Source of the DNA: a virus
Taxonomy: Duplodnaviria > Caudoviricetes
Virus record (IMG/VR): IMGVR_UViG_3300028833_000064
Coordinates: 64,001-128,000 of that record
Length of the DNA stretch: 64,000 nt
Direction: 5' to 3' (one strand)
Both the position numbers and the translations under genes were made by a program. Under the pieces are notes generated by a model that worked only from the letters and a program-made list of their open reading frames with translations, did not search any database and was not told the DNA's origin. Of the stretch, positions 18,494-27,927 are shown in pieces (position 1 is the first letter of the stretch; each line of letters begins with the position of its first letter).

Positions 18494-19120
18494 TTAACCC
18501 TCCTCTTCATTAGTGTTAGTGGTGGTAGTGTCTTCATCTTCATCATCTTCGATGTTGAAGTCGAAATCAAACATTCCATCAAATGGGTTAGATGCCTTGT
18601 TACCCATCATCATGGACATCGCCATCATCTGTCCAAAGTTACCCATACCATTGGTGTTTCCACCACCCATCATCTGGGTCATCATCATCATCTTGACCAT
18701 GTTAGAAAGACCCTTACCATTCTTGAAGGCGTTGCCGAACATCGAGACAATCTTACCGTAGAAGTAAGTACTGCCCATGAAGATGTGGCGCTCAGGAATA
18801 ACCTCACGAATCTCGGAGTTCTCATAGTCGATGACCTTGATGGTCTTCTTTGTTGCCTCGATGACACATTTGGGTTTACCACCAACGAGGATGATGTCTC
18901 CAACCTCTACCTTATTAGTAGGAATAACGAAGAACATCTCATCACCAATATTAAAGCAGAAATTGGTGACATTGGTGAGTATACCCTTTTTGACATTGTA
19001 GGTCTTGTACTGACCATTACTGCACTGAACGGCGATACCGCCATTCATAGTTAGACGACATTTACCTGGTTCGGTCTTACCGAACATTCCGTTGAAAGAT
19101 TTTTGAACGTTTTCAAACAT
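18494..19120 (-). CDS. hypothetical protein with Met/Gly-rich, acidic C-terminal tail
   Basis: MMMMTQMMGGGNTNGMGNFGQMMAMSMMMG then DFDFNIEDDEDED; 2 bp from the vWA gene. Confidence 0.75.
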   Translation of the reverse strand: MFENVQKSFNGMFGKTEPGKCRLTMNGGIAVQCSNGQYKTYNVKKGILTNVTNFCFNIGDEMFFVIPTNKVEVGDIILVGGKPKCVIEATKKTIKVIDYENSEIREVIPERHIFMGSTYFYGKIVSMFGNAFKNGKGLSNMVKMMMMTQMMGGGNTNGMGNFGQMMAMSMMMGNKASNPFDGMFDFDFNIEDDEDEDTTTTNTNEEEG

Positions 19121-19150
19121 AACTTTAAATTTTGATTGTTTATATGTTTT

Positions 19151-19324
19151 TTATAAAATTTCCTCGATTGTAACATTTTCATCAATCCAAAGTGAAGCCT
19201 CTTCTGCTTTCTTTCTTGATGAAAATATTGCCTTATGTTTTTGTGAAGAAGCATAATATGTGAAAATGAGTTTTCCAGTATTAATGTTTCTTAACACAAA
19301 GAGTTTTTCGTATTCTGTTTTCAT
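19151..19324 (-). CDS. hypothetical protein
   Basis: Start at 19324 in an ATGA overlap. Confidence 0.5.
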   Translation of the reverse strand: MKTEYEKLFVLRNINTGKLIFTYYASSQKHKAIFSSRKKAEEASLWIDENVTIEEIL

Positions 19325-19596
19325 TTGAAGTTTGGTGGTTTTGGGAGTTTCCTCCAATGAGTTACTTCACACTGGTTGTTAATATAGATTTCATCAACTC
19401 TGTCATCATTATCGAGAAGCCATTTCTCGAATTGCCATGAATATTCTGCAATTGATGGAAGTCCTACAAACCTACCATCTTTCTCTCTATGTGCAATGAG
19501 TACCCAATCCCATCTACATCTGTCTGGTAGGTGTTTCTTACATGGAATCCAAAACCCCAATAGGGCAAGAAATTCCCAAAATGCATTCTTTATCAT
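19321..19596 (-). CDS. DUF551-like phage protein
   Basis: WIPCKKHLP...VTHWRKLPKPP. Confidence 0.65.
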   Translation of the reverse strand: MIKNAFWEFLALLGFWIPCKKHLPDRCRWDWVLIAHREKDGRFVGLPSIAEYSWQFEKWLLDNDDRVDEIYINNQCEVTHWRKLPKPPNFK

Positions 19597-19608
19597 AACT
19601 TACTTTTT

Positions 19609-20346
19609 TTAGAACAATGCCTCACCATAGTTTTGGTCTACATCTGGTTGTTTGATTCCGAGTATAAAGTCACATATCCAGTTCCTTGCATAGTCCTTTG
19701 AAATCATACTCCGGTCCTCAGAACACAAACCCGCTTGACCACTACTCTTAGATGAAAGAATGTTTTTAATAACTTTACTTTGTTGTCGTGTCTCACCGTC
19801 AAGAGGTTCACAGTTGATGAAAAAATATGCCGTAGGTTTCTTGAAGAAATCACCACGTTTTGTCCTGTCCATATCGACGAGTGTCGGAGCCATCACGAAG
19901 TTTGCTTTCAAGAATGTCTGCTCACTCCAAGGGTTTTCCATTATGAGTCTCAGACCCCTCATCTGTGCAACAGCAAGCATCTTTACAGCAAGACTGAAGA
20001 AGTATTCCCTGTTGTGGCTCCTCTCAAGAATCAAGTCTGTCTTTTCCTTCATTGTTTTCTTCCGATAATTCACACACGTCCAATACATAGACATCTGTGA
20101 CAAGGCGGAGAAGTAGATGCAAGGGAAGAAAGCCACTATCAAGTCATCCTTTGTTATGTTATCGAAGATAGAAGGTTTGTCATCGTAGGCATTCTCTATC
20201 TCCTTGAATAAATCATCTTGGTGGTCAGTCTCACCGAAATTGTTCTGAATGTCATAGTCTTCGGCCGGTATTCCGAGTTTAATAAACTCGTTTTTGAAAG
20301 TTCCGGACTGCTCGAAGAAACAATGAACCTTTCCTTTTATTACCAT
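19609..20346 (-). CDS. compact phage DNA cytosine methyltransferase-like protein
   Basis: CFFEQSG (variant motif I), AFFPCIYFS (motif IV), IMENP (motif VI), KKPT. Confidence 0.65.
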   Translation of the reverse strand: MVIKGKVHCFFEQSGTFKNEFIKLGIPAEDYDIQNNFGETDHQDDLFKEIENAYDDKPSIFDNITKDDLIVAFFPCIYFSALSQMSMYWTCVNYRKKTMKEKTDLILERSHNREYFFSLAVKMLAVAQMRGLRLIMENPWSEQTFLKANFVMAPTLVDMDRTKRGDFFKKPTAYFFINCEPLDGETRQQSKVIKNILSSKSSGQAGLCSEDRSMISKDYARNWICDFILGIKQPDVDQNYGEALF

Positions 20347-21347
20347 TAGAATTTTCTTTTGATTATATCTACAGCGAGCCGGTTGAGTTCTTTATTGACG
20401 ACTCTTTGCTCATTAGATGAAAGGTCGTTATACTCGGGATGGTCTTTTGTAAATTCCTCAAGAGTATCTGCTGAGAACTCTTTGATAAGAAGACCCATCT
20501 GCTTGGGTATCTCAATCTCACCGAGGTGTGACACGACATTGTTGATTCGTGCCTCAGTCACATACTGACCAATCACTGAGACGAGTTTGTTGCAAGTATC
20601 AGAGTACTCAACTTGAACCTTCTCTTTCTTTTCACTTTTCTCAAATTCGTTGAACTTCGGGTTCTTATTCTTGATGATGATTCTCTCACCGTTGGCGAAT
20701 CTGATGTCCTCAATGGGTTTGATTACAACACCTTCTGCATAGTTGTTCTCGAGTCTTGGATAACCGAGACGTTCACCAATCGTGCTGATGAAAATTGGGT
20801 CGTAAGCGAGACACTCATCAAGTGTACCACGGAAGAGTTCCTTGTTGTAGAAGAAACCGAACTCTTCGAAAAGACGGTTGCACTTATCAACACCGAGGTA
20901 GATATTCTTCTCACCGTCACTTACGAGAATATCAAAGGCATAGAACTGATGGTCTGGGCAGTACTGAATACCTTTCTGAATCTTCGGAACATTACTCTTA
21001 TACCCGTCATATCCACCACCAAAAAACTCACCGAACACTTGGATTTGGTTGATGTCCATCTCTTTCTTGAGTGTATTCATAATACTAATGACACCACCTT
21101 TTAGATTACATTCAGCAAAGTCCTGAAAACCATAGAACTTATCTTCTGGTGCAAGAACCGAACCACGTTTACCGGTCATAATTTGTCCAGAGTCATCTGT
21201 GATTACTGACGTGTTACACCCGTCAACTTTCTCCGATATGGAGAAAAGCATATTTGGACAACCAAGGAAGTTGAGACTCTCACGTACTTTCTCAATGTAT
21301 GCTTCCCTGTAACTATTTTCAATTGAGGTATATTTCTTAAAATCCAT
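20346..21347 (-). CDS. RNA ligase, Rnl2 family
   Basis: FKKYTSIEN, SEKVDGCN, VFGEFFGG, FYAFDI, AEGVVIKP, IIKNKN. Confidence 0.9.
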   Translation of the reverse strand: MDFKKYTSIENSYREAYIEKVRESLNFLGCPNMLFSISEKVDGCNTSVITDDSGQIMTGKRGSVLAPEDKFYGFQDFAECNLKGGVISIMNTLKKEMDINQIQVFGEFFGGGYDGYKSNVPKIQKGIQYCPDHQFYAFDILVSDGEKNIYLGVDKCNRLFEEFGFFYNKELFRGTLDECLAYDPIFISTIGERLGYPRLENNYAEGVVIKPIEDIRFANGERIIIKNKNPKFNEFEKSEKKEKVQVEYSDTCNKLVSVIGQYVTEARINNVVSHLGEIEIPKQMGLLIKEFSADTLEEFTKDHPEYNDLSSNEQRVVNKELNRLAVDIIKRKF

Positions 21348-21360
21348 AACTAAACTATAT

Positions 21361-22395
21361 TTAAACTTTAGTTTCTTTTTTCTTCACTATTAAAGATAAC
21401 AAAATTGAACCAAAAAGTATTCCTAAAATTATAAAAAGTGAAGATAATGTTGTAATTTCTATTCCAAATATCTCGTGGTTTATCATCTTTACTCCGACAA
21501 ACACAAGTAGAAATCCAAGTCCGTACTTCAACATCCAGAATTTGTCATTGACACCGCTAAACAAGAAGAACAACGACCTGAGACCCATGATTGCAAAAAT
21601 GTTGGAGAAATATATGACAAACGTATCTCTCGTCACCGAAAATGCCGCCGGTATGGAGTCGACTGCAAACACAAGGTCTGAGAACTCAATGACGAGTAGG
21701 ACGAGTAACAACGGGGTCATATGCAACATTCCATCGATGTCTGTAAGAAATTTGTGTCCGTCAAGTTTTTTCGATACATAAAAATGTTTGTTGGCGAACT
21801 TGACGATGGGATGGTCTTCTGTTTTCACATCACCATCGTCTTTACTATAAAACATTTTCACACCACTGAAGATGAGTACCACACCGAAGATTGCAAGTAT
21901 TATAGAGAATTTAGAAACAATTGTACCGAGTAAGAAGATGAATATAAATCTCATCACGATGGCGACCAAGATACCCCAAAACAAGACTCTGTGGTAGTAT
22001 ATCCGGTCGATTCCGAAACTGATGAACACCATCAACATCACAAATATATTGTCAATCGACAGTGATTTCTCCAACCAATAACCGGCCATATACTGCTCGA
22101 AGATTTCCCTTCTGTATATCTTCAGTGCTTCCGAATATTCCATACCAGGTTGGATAAGTTTTTCAAGTCCTGCATCCTTTGCATAATTCAAAAGACTCTC
22201 CATGTCGGTTATTCCATGAACCCACTCTGCATGGAACAACAAGACAAGACTGAACAGCATTGCCATTCCAATCCAAATTCCGGTCCAGATGGCCGCTTCC
22301 TTGATTCCAATCACATGGTCTTTTTTGTGGAAGACACCGAGGTCGAGGGCGAGCATTGCCGTTATAAATACCAAAAATATGATAAAAAATGTCAT
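21361..22395 (-). CDS. terC: TerC/Alx family membrane protein
   Basis: LEKSLSIDNIFV, RVLFWGI..AIVMR, IEFSDLVFAVDSIPA, SNIFAIMGLRSL. Confidence 0.93.
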   Translation of the reverse strand: MTFFIIFLVFITAMLALDLGVFHKKDHVIGIKEAAIWTGIWIGMAMLFSLVLLFHAEWVHGITDMESLLNYAKDAGLEKLIQPGMEYSEALKIYRREIFEQYMAGYWLEKSLSIDNIFVMLMVFISFGIDRIYYHRVLFWGILVAIVMRFIFIFLLGTIVSKFSIILAIFGVVLIFSGVKMFYSKDDGDVKTEDHPIVKFANKHFYVSKKLDGHKFLTDIDGMLHMTPLLLVLLVIEFSDLVFAVDSIPAAFSVTRDTFVIYFSNIFAIMGLRSLFFLFSGVNDKFWMLKYGLGFLLVFVGVKMINHEIFGIEITTLSSLFIILGILFGSILLSLIVKKKETKV

Positions 22396-22739
22396 GTCGT
22401 TATTGATTCTTCTTTTTTAATTGGAATGAATATTGCATAATCGTTATCGTCTTCAAAGTGATTGATGGTGTCCAAAAATGAGTTACCACACTTGAAACGA
22501 ATGTATTCAAATTCTTTACCGTTCCATCTTGCATGTGTTGTGTTCCGTGTGTCTCCAAGATACCAAGAACCAATCTCAAGGTCTTTCTTAGATATTGCAC
22601 CACAACGGATTAGATTCGGTATTATAACATCTTTGTAGAATGTTCTCTCTTCTTCGGTTCTGCAAAGAGGAATGTCTGGGATGTCGTGTTCATTTTCGAA
22701 AGGTTTTAGACTTTCCCAGTATTCTTTATTTTGGTTCAT
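22392..22739 (-). CDS. conserved phage hypothetical protein
   Basis: ORF with overlapping start/stop. Confidence 0.65.
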   Translation of the reverse strand: MNQNKEYWESLKPFENEHDIPDIPLCRTEEERTFYKDVIIPNLIRCGAISKKDLEIGSWYLGDTRNTTHARWNGKEFEYIRFKCGNSFLDTINHFEDDNDYAIFIPIKKEESITT

Positions 22740-23077
22740 TATCTTAGTTTAGTTTCACGTTTCCAATGTTCACACGTATGACAGTAGTGACAGAACCTAT
22801 CCTTACCGTTTTGGTTTGATGGGTGTCCACACACAATCCCTTCGGGAATTTTGAAGTCACGGTCGGCAATACGGTTTGCACAGACAATGCAGTGTTTGTT
22901 CTCAACGTGGTTAAAATAGATACTCATACCACGACTCTCATTTTCTATGAGTTCTATCTGTCTGTCAACTTTATTCATCAATCTGTCAACTTTACCCATA
23001 AACTTTTGAAGAAGACTCTTCTTTAAATTGAGTTTACGGAGACGTGCATTTTTTTTACACATTGTATTTTCGTTCAT
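22739..23077 (-). CDS. hypothetical Cys-rich protein
   Basis: CxxC motifs. Confidence 0.55.
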   Translation of the reverse strand: MNENTMCKKNARLRKLNLKKSLLQKFMGKVDRLMNKVDRQIELIENESRGMSIYFNHVENKHCIVCANRIADRDFKIPEGIVCGHPSNQNGKDRFCHYCHTCEHWKRETKLR

Positions 23078-23321
23078 TCCACTTATCCATTATTCTCGTT
23101 GCTATTGGTTGGACGCCAAGCACTCTTCCACTCTTTTTCATTTCAACACCACATTGGGGACATTTGATAACAATAGTCCTACTCGGTGTATAATCGTTTC
23201 CTTTAAGGTGCCAAATTGGTGTTGTTCCACAAAACGGACATGGTTTCAAAAGAGGATTTTCTGAGTCGTAGTTGTGGATTTCAACTTTTACTTCGGGTTC
23301 AAAACCAAGATTGATTTCCAT
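23055..23321 (-). CDS. Lar-family restriction alleviation-like Zn-finger protein
   Basis: LKPCPFCG...IKCPQCG...KWNER. Confidence 0.7.
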   Translation of the reverse strand: MEINLGFEPEVKVEIHNYDSENPLLKPCPFCGTTPIWHLKGNDYTPSRTIVIKCPQCGVEMKKSGRVLGVQPIATRIMDKWNERKYNV

Positions 23322-23322
23322 A

Positions 23323-23814
23323 CTAAGCGAGTCTTAAACCATTGAGAACCTCTTTTTTAACAGCGTTCTCTATCCCACCGACGAAGGATATGAACTCTTT
23401 TTCAAGAATTTCTTCGTCTGTTACACCTTCACCGGCACGTTTTAACTTGTATATGTCAAACGTAGGGTAGTTTTCACGGTCCCACACTCTTTCGTCTGCA
23501 AGGACACAAATCGATGTCGTAAGATTTCCAAGGTCTTCCTCCTCGAATGTCTCAAACTTGATACCGTGTTCTTTGAAGACTTCCATTATGGTGGACATAT
23601 CGGACACAGTACCGCCTGACAACATAACGAGGGTTTTGTCTGTGTTCAACCACTGCTGCAAGTCCTCATCGTCCCAATGTTTTCTGACATACTCACACAC
23701 ACCGTGTGTTGTCTGGACACCTTTGTTTTGACCGTCGAGATGTCTCAAGACAAGGCTGTACATTTTATAACCGGTTTTCCTGTATATTTTGTAACCTATT
23801 TTTTCCTCTTCCAT
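23323..23814 (-). CDS. peptidyl-tRNA hydrolase 2 (Pth2)-like protein
   Basis: KMYSLV..KGVQTTHG..QWL..KTLVMLSGG..FEEEDLGNLTTSICV. Confidence 0.65.
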   Translation of the reverse strand: MEEEKIGYKIYRKTGYKMYSLVLRHLDGQNKGVQTTHGVCEYVRKHWDDEDLQQWLNTDKTLVMLSGGTVSDMSTIMEVFKEHGIKFETFEEEDLGNLTTSICVLADERVWDRENYPTFDIYKLKRAGEGVTDEEILEKEFISFVGGIENAVKKEVLNGLRLA

Positions 23815-23815
23815 T

Positions 23816-24397
23816 TTATTCTGTTAATTCTTCGATTTCTTTTGATATTTGTTCTTGTACTTCCTTAATGATGTTTGGTGCAACAATCTCTGGTGTAATC
23901 GGTTCTAGTGTGATGTCTTCCGTTTTATCACCTTTTTCGTTATTGCAGACAACACACATCGTCTGATAGTTATCGAGTTTATCTTTCCCACCTTTGGAGC
24001 GTGGTATAATATGGTCTTTTGTCATAAGGACATACTGACCATCGGGTTTCTGACCGATAAGTTCAAGATGGTAGTGTGGGTTGGGTGTACCTTTTTTACC
24101 TTTGTTTTTTACCATGATGAAGAATTTTCCTTCTGCACCACAGACCACACACTTCATTCCCTTTGTGAAGAATAGTTGCAGTCTCTGTGAGTTCGCTTTC
24201 ACTTCCTCACCGTCGATTTCCACTCGTTTCCTACATCCGGTCAAGTATTTTTTCCCCTTTTTGTTCTCCCTACATTCGATATAGTTTGAGAACAAACTGT
24301 CTTTCACTGCTTCATGTACTTCCTCAATCGAGTATATTTTGTCACGAACTATGACACTATCGGGAACTCCGAAAACTTCAATTCCGTTGATATTCAT
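23816..24397 (-). CDS. HNH endonuclease
   Basis: CVVCG...TKDHIIPRSKGGKDKLDNYQTMCVVCNNEKG. Confidence 0.88.
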   Translation of the reverse strand: MNINGIEVFGVPDSVIVRDKIYSIEEVHEAVKDSLFSNYIECRENKKGKKYLTGCRKRVEIDGEEVKANSQRLQLFFTKGMKCVVCGAEGKFFIMVKNKGKKGTPNPHYHLELIGQKPDGQYVLMTKDHIIPRSKGGKDKLDNYQTMCVVCNNEKGDKTEDITLEPITPEIVAPNIIKEVQEQISKEIEELTE

Positions 24398-24981
24398 ATT
24401 TTACACTCTTTCAAGATGTTTAACGTTATAATATCGTTGTTCTGATGAGCCATATCGTTCAGTTTTTCCAAATCAAATTCTTCCTTTTGGAATTTGAACT
24501 GAATCCAGTTCGGCTCATGTTCACGGTAATCGAGACGAGATTTTGGTTCGTCTGTTTCCAGAACAAGTTTCACCATTCTGAGAAGTCTTTCACCGGCGAG
24601 TTTCGATTTCACAAAACCAGAAAGGTCGTAACTGACTCCACGAGATACCCAATACTCACCTTCTTCTGGTCTTTCGTCTGGGGCGACGTAATGGATACGC
24701 TGATTATACTCTCCCGTAAAATTGGTATTTAGTCTGAATGTCATACCGATTCTTGAACCAAAGGCAGTAGATGTGTAATCCACACAGAACAATTCATTAT
24801 CTGATTCTATGAATACGGGTGTTTCATATATGTTTCTGTTGTTTCGGTTTGCTGTTTGTATAGCGCCTTCAACATATTCAAACAATTCACCTAGTGATAA
24901 AGTTTTAATACCTTTATCCTTTTCATCCTCACTTTTATATTGAGAACATTCGTAGTTTTTATATTTTTCACCTAAATACAT
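24394..24981 (-). CDS. hypothetical protein
   Basis: ORF; its N-terminus is duplicated at 25684-25773. Confidence 0.65.
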   Translation of the reverse strand: MYLGEKYKNYECSQYKSEDEKDKGIKTLSLGELFEYVEGAIQTANRNNRNIYETPVFIESDNELFCVDYTSTAFGSRIGMTFRLNTNFTGEYNQRIHYVAPDERPEEGEYWVSRGVSYDLSGFVKSKLAGERLLRMVKLVLETDEPKSRLDYREHEPNWIQFKFQKEEFDLEKLNDMAHQNNDIITLNILKECKI

Positions 24982-25042
24982 AGCTAATTAATCATTTTAA
25001 TCATTTGATATACAACTGACCCCATAATTTTAATCATCTTCA

Positions 25043-25303
25043 TCATATAATGAATTTTACAGTGTCTCCAATATGGTATGATGAATTTTTAGTTTCAAAA
25101 AAGAACTCTTTACCAGCAAGTTCAAAGAAATCATAACAGAATAATAATTGTTCATTGATGTCTCTTAGATATACGTTATAAGTTCCTTCTTGATAAGAAT
25201 ACTCAACTCTAATAACAATACCTTTATCATTCTTTAAATGCTGAGTACAACTACTAAAACAAATTATTACTAAAAGTAATAGTAAAAATTTAATCTTTTT
25301 CAT
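25043..25303 (-). CDS. small lipoprotein
   Basis: MKKIKFLLLLLVIICFSSC lipobox. Confidence 0.65.
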   Translation of the reverse strand: MKKIKFLLLLLVIICFSSCTQHLKNDKGIVIRVEYSYQEGTYNVYLRDINEQLLFCYDFFELAGKEFFFETKNSSYHIGDTVKFII

Positions 25304-25343
25304 TTTTATATTTTCTTATATGTTTCCCAATGTTTTTTTTTTA

Positions 25344-25353
25344 AAAGATACTA
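25344..25353 (-). promoter_or_regulatory. Class II promoter motif (variant)
   Basis: TAGTATCTTT upstream of 25303. Confidence 0.55.
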
Positions 25354-25369
25354 GGTAGTGTGAAACTAC

Positions 25370-25773
25370 TCACATCTCATTGTCTTCCACCAAAGAACTA
25401 TGGTTATGTTTGAATTCATTACTTTCTACACAATCCATAATGTAGTCCATAGAATATATGGTAAACATTTTTTTGGCCTTTTCGGCCTCTTTTTTTGTAT
25501 TGAAAAGAAAAATTGATTTGCAGTAGTTTGTTATTTTTTTCCAAGCGAAATAATCAATTTCGTGTACTGCAATACCTTTGTCTGTGGTTTCACTGAATGA
25601 GAGAATCCACTTTGATGGTGCCGCTGCAAGATTTATCTCATCCTCTTCAATATCTCTCTTTTCAATTTCATTGTACAACACATAAGTGACATGGTTCTGA
25701 TACCTTCATCCTTTTCCTCATCGGACTTATACTGGTCACAATGATAGTTTTGAAATCTTTTACCGAGAATCAT
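25370..25773 (-). pseudogene. out-of-frame chimera of paralogues of the two neighbouring genes
   Basis: ATG at 25773 gives MILGKRFQNYHCDQYKSDEEKDEGIRTMSL (like the 24981 N-terminus) and stops at 25633; the overlapping frame 25370-25681 resembles the C-terminus of 25777-26385. Confidence 0.6.
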
Positions 25774-25776
25774 AAT

Positions 25777-26385
25777 CTATCCCTCCACTTGATTAATTTT
25801 TGAACTTTTCTTGCCGTGGTTCACGTAGTTGATGATGTGCCCCATACTTGTTGATGCAAACATTTCGGAAACTTGGACGGCCTCGGCGAGTGTGTCGAAC
25901 ACAAACATCTCTTTCCACGTACCTTGAATCTTGTTCTCAAAACTAAGTTGGTCGATTTGGTGGATGGCAGGTCGTGCATTTGTACGTGAGTTTGAGAAGG
26001 ATATGATATACCTTTCTTTGGCCTCTCGTAGAGAACTCTCCGAGACGATGAGACCTTTGTCGTTTGAGTTTATGCCAACAACCTTATATTTAGTATAGAG
26101 CATGTTGTTTTTGATTTCGTGGATGACCTCTTTCACCTCATATATAGAGTGGAGATACTTGTTTCTTTCGTTTGGATTGAAACACACCTTGTCTCCAACC
26201 TTGTAGAGGTCTGGAACGTTGCTCTCGTATGAGATTTCAAAGTAGTCTTTGTTGTTGAAGTCAATGAACGGATAATTTCTCTTGAGTTCCTCAAGTCTGA
26301 ATTTCTTACCTTTTGTTATGGTACCGTCAATGTCACGTTTTACGGTGACAACCGATATATACTTTTTTCCTTTTGGTTCTTTCAT
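25777..26385 (-). CDS. hypothetical protein
   Basis: ORF with a YKVGDKV SH3-like motif. Confidence 0.65.
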   Translation of the reverse strand: MKEPKGKKYISVVTVKRDIDGTITKGKKFRLEELKRNYPFIDFNNKDYFEISYESNVPDLYKVGDKVCFNPNERNKYLHSIYEVKEVIHEIKNNMLYTKYKVVGINSNDKGLIVSESSLREAKERYIISFSNSRTNARPAIHQIDQLSFENKIQGTWKEMFVFDTLAEAVQVSEMFASTSMGHIINYVNHGKKSSKINQVEG

Positions 26386-26406
26386 TTCTTTTTTATTTTT
26401 GTGTGT

Positions 26407-26601
26407 TTATTTTTCTGCTATTGCTTCTGCTTGTATTTTTTCAATAATCTCGTCGGCAGACTCTTTCACCTCCACATTACCCATCCCATATATGAGAACG
26501 GTTGTTGGGTCTGTGTAGTTCTTTTTTCTCGGAACGGCAGCAATTTTACGGCTGCTATCGAGTTTAATGGGGTTTCCATTCAAATCGTGTAAAACAATCA
26601 T
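26407..26601 (-). CDS. small FlbD-like hypothetical protein
   Basis: LHDLNGNPIKL...TTVL...VEVKESADEIIEKI. Confidence 0.5.
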   Translation of the reverse strand: MIVLHDLNGNPIKLDSSRKIAAVPRKKNYTDPTTVLIYGMGNVEVKESADEIIEKIQAEAIAEK

Positions 26602-26615
26602 AGTGTTATTTTTTT

Positions 26616-26957
26616 TTATTCGTTTAAGGCAATTTCTTGAGATGGATGAGGTTCGGGTGTACCCTGTGATTCATCAAACGAGGGGTGTTTCTTATTCTGT
26701 TCTTTTTTGAATGGACACCAGTCTGGAATATCACATTTTTCACTCCAATGAACAGTCGTGTCAATATACTTCCCGAAATTGTTGTTGAATTTTGATTGTT
26801 CGGTATGACTATTGTCGGTTTTGTCAGACTTGCAATAGAACTCATAGTTGGGTTCGTCAAAACTGTCGAAACAGCAACGCCTATCTTCTTTCTTGTGGCA
26901 GAAAGGGCACTCGTTGCAATATTCAACATTGGTTGTTTGTGTCACTATAACTCCCAT
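26616..26957 (-). CDS. Cys-rich hypothetical protein
   Basis: CNECPFC...IPDWCPF. Confidence 0.6.
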   Translation of the reverse strand: MGVIVTQTTNVEYCNECPFCHKKEDRRCCFDSFDEPNYEFYCKSDKTDNSHTEQSKFNNNFGKYIDTTVHWSEKCDIPDWCPFKKEQNKKHPSFDESQGTPEPHPSQEIALNE

Positions 26958-26969
26958 ATTCTTATTCTT

Positions 26970-27848
26970 TTAAATTGTTTCTAAAATACTTTTCACATAA
27001 TCAAGATGTTCCTGAGTCATCTGCTTACCAGCATAATTGACAAGGAGGAATGTCTTGAGGACATCATCGTCAGTCGTTCTGCAATTCATAGTCGCCAGTG
27101 TGAAGCATGTAACGAAGCGAAAATCATGTCTGGCAATTAACGACATATCTGAGAAGTACTTACCATTAAGGTCGGGATACTTGTCATTTACAAACTCAAT
27201 AAGAGCATTCAGACGCTGTTTTCCATCCACGATGTCGTAGAAAGCAATTTCTTCATCATCGTTTTTCAAAGTTTTCTCAACTTCGTCGTATGAATGTTCC
27301 CTTAATACAATCTTACCACAGTCTACACCACGGTAGACTGACTCAATGAGTTGTTTTTTCTCATCAAGAGACCAACAGAAGTCACGCTGGTAATATTGCT
27401 TTTCACCATCTTTGTTGATAACGTATGGATTCCAATTCAGAAACTTGACTGGCAAGATTCTTCCAGTTTTGGATTTTACTGTCCATTCATTCTCGGGTCT
27501 TTGACCATATTCTCCAATCGTGTTGAGTAAAGAACTGATACAACAAGGCATAAAATTTATTTTCGGCATTTGAATTGTTTCCGAGAATGGATTGTAACCC
27601 ACATACCAAGGGTCTTTCTCCAAGTCCGATATATTCAACTCAAAGGTTTCCTCGTTACATGTTATAGAACTATCTTTGATTCTTACAATACATTTTCCAT
27701 TTGATAAAATTTCTTCAACAATGGCGTGTATCGTCTTATTCTTTTCTTCAAACGGTTTAACCAATTCAAGTGGAAACTCAACATAGTCACCAACTTGTAT
27801 TGGAGTATCCATATATTCCTTAGCCTCTTTTGATAGTTTGTCTGCCAT
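26970..27848 (-). CDS. DUF262 (GmrS/ParB-like) domain protein
   Basis: YQRDFCWSLDEKKQLIESV, IVDGKQRLNAL, FLLVN. Confidence 0.85.
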   Translation of the reverse strand: MADKLSKEAKEYMDTPIQVGDYVEFPLELVKPFEEKNKTIHAIVEEILSNGKCIVRIKDSSITCNEETFELNISDLEKDPWYVGYNPFSETIQMPKINFMPCCISSLLNTIGEYGQRPENEWTVKSKTGRILPVKFLNWNPYVINKDGEKQYYQRDFCWSLDEKKQLIESVYRGVDCGKIVLREHSYDEVEKTLKNDDEEIAFYDIVDGKQRLNALIEFVNDKYPDLNGKYFSDMSLIARHDFRFVTCFTLATMNCRTTDDDVLKTFLLVNYAGKQMTQEHLDYVKSILETI

Positions 27849-27866
27849 AATTTTTTCCTTTTTTTA

Positions 27867-27878
27867 AAAGATACTATT
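27867..27878 (-). promoter_or_regulatory. Class II promoter motif
   Basis: AATAGTATCTTT upstream of 27848. Confidence 0.65.
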
Positions 27879-27893
27879 TTTAATTGAGAAAAT

Positions 27894-27927
27894 AAAAAAA
27901 AGGAGGATTTTTTTAAATCCTCCTTTT
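27894..27927. terminator. intrinsic terminator
   Basis: AAAAGGAGGATTT..AAATCCTCCTTTT with flanking A/T tracts. Confidence 0.7.
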
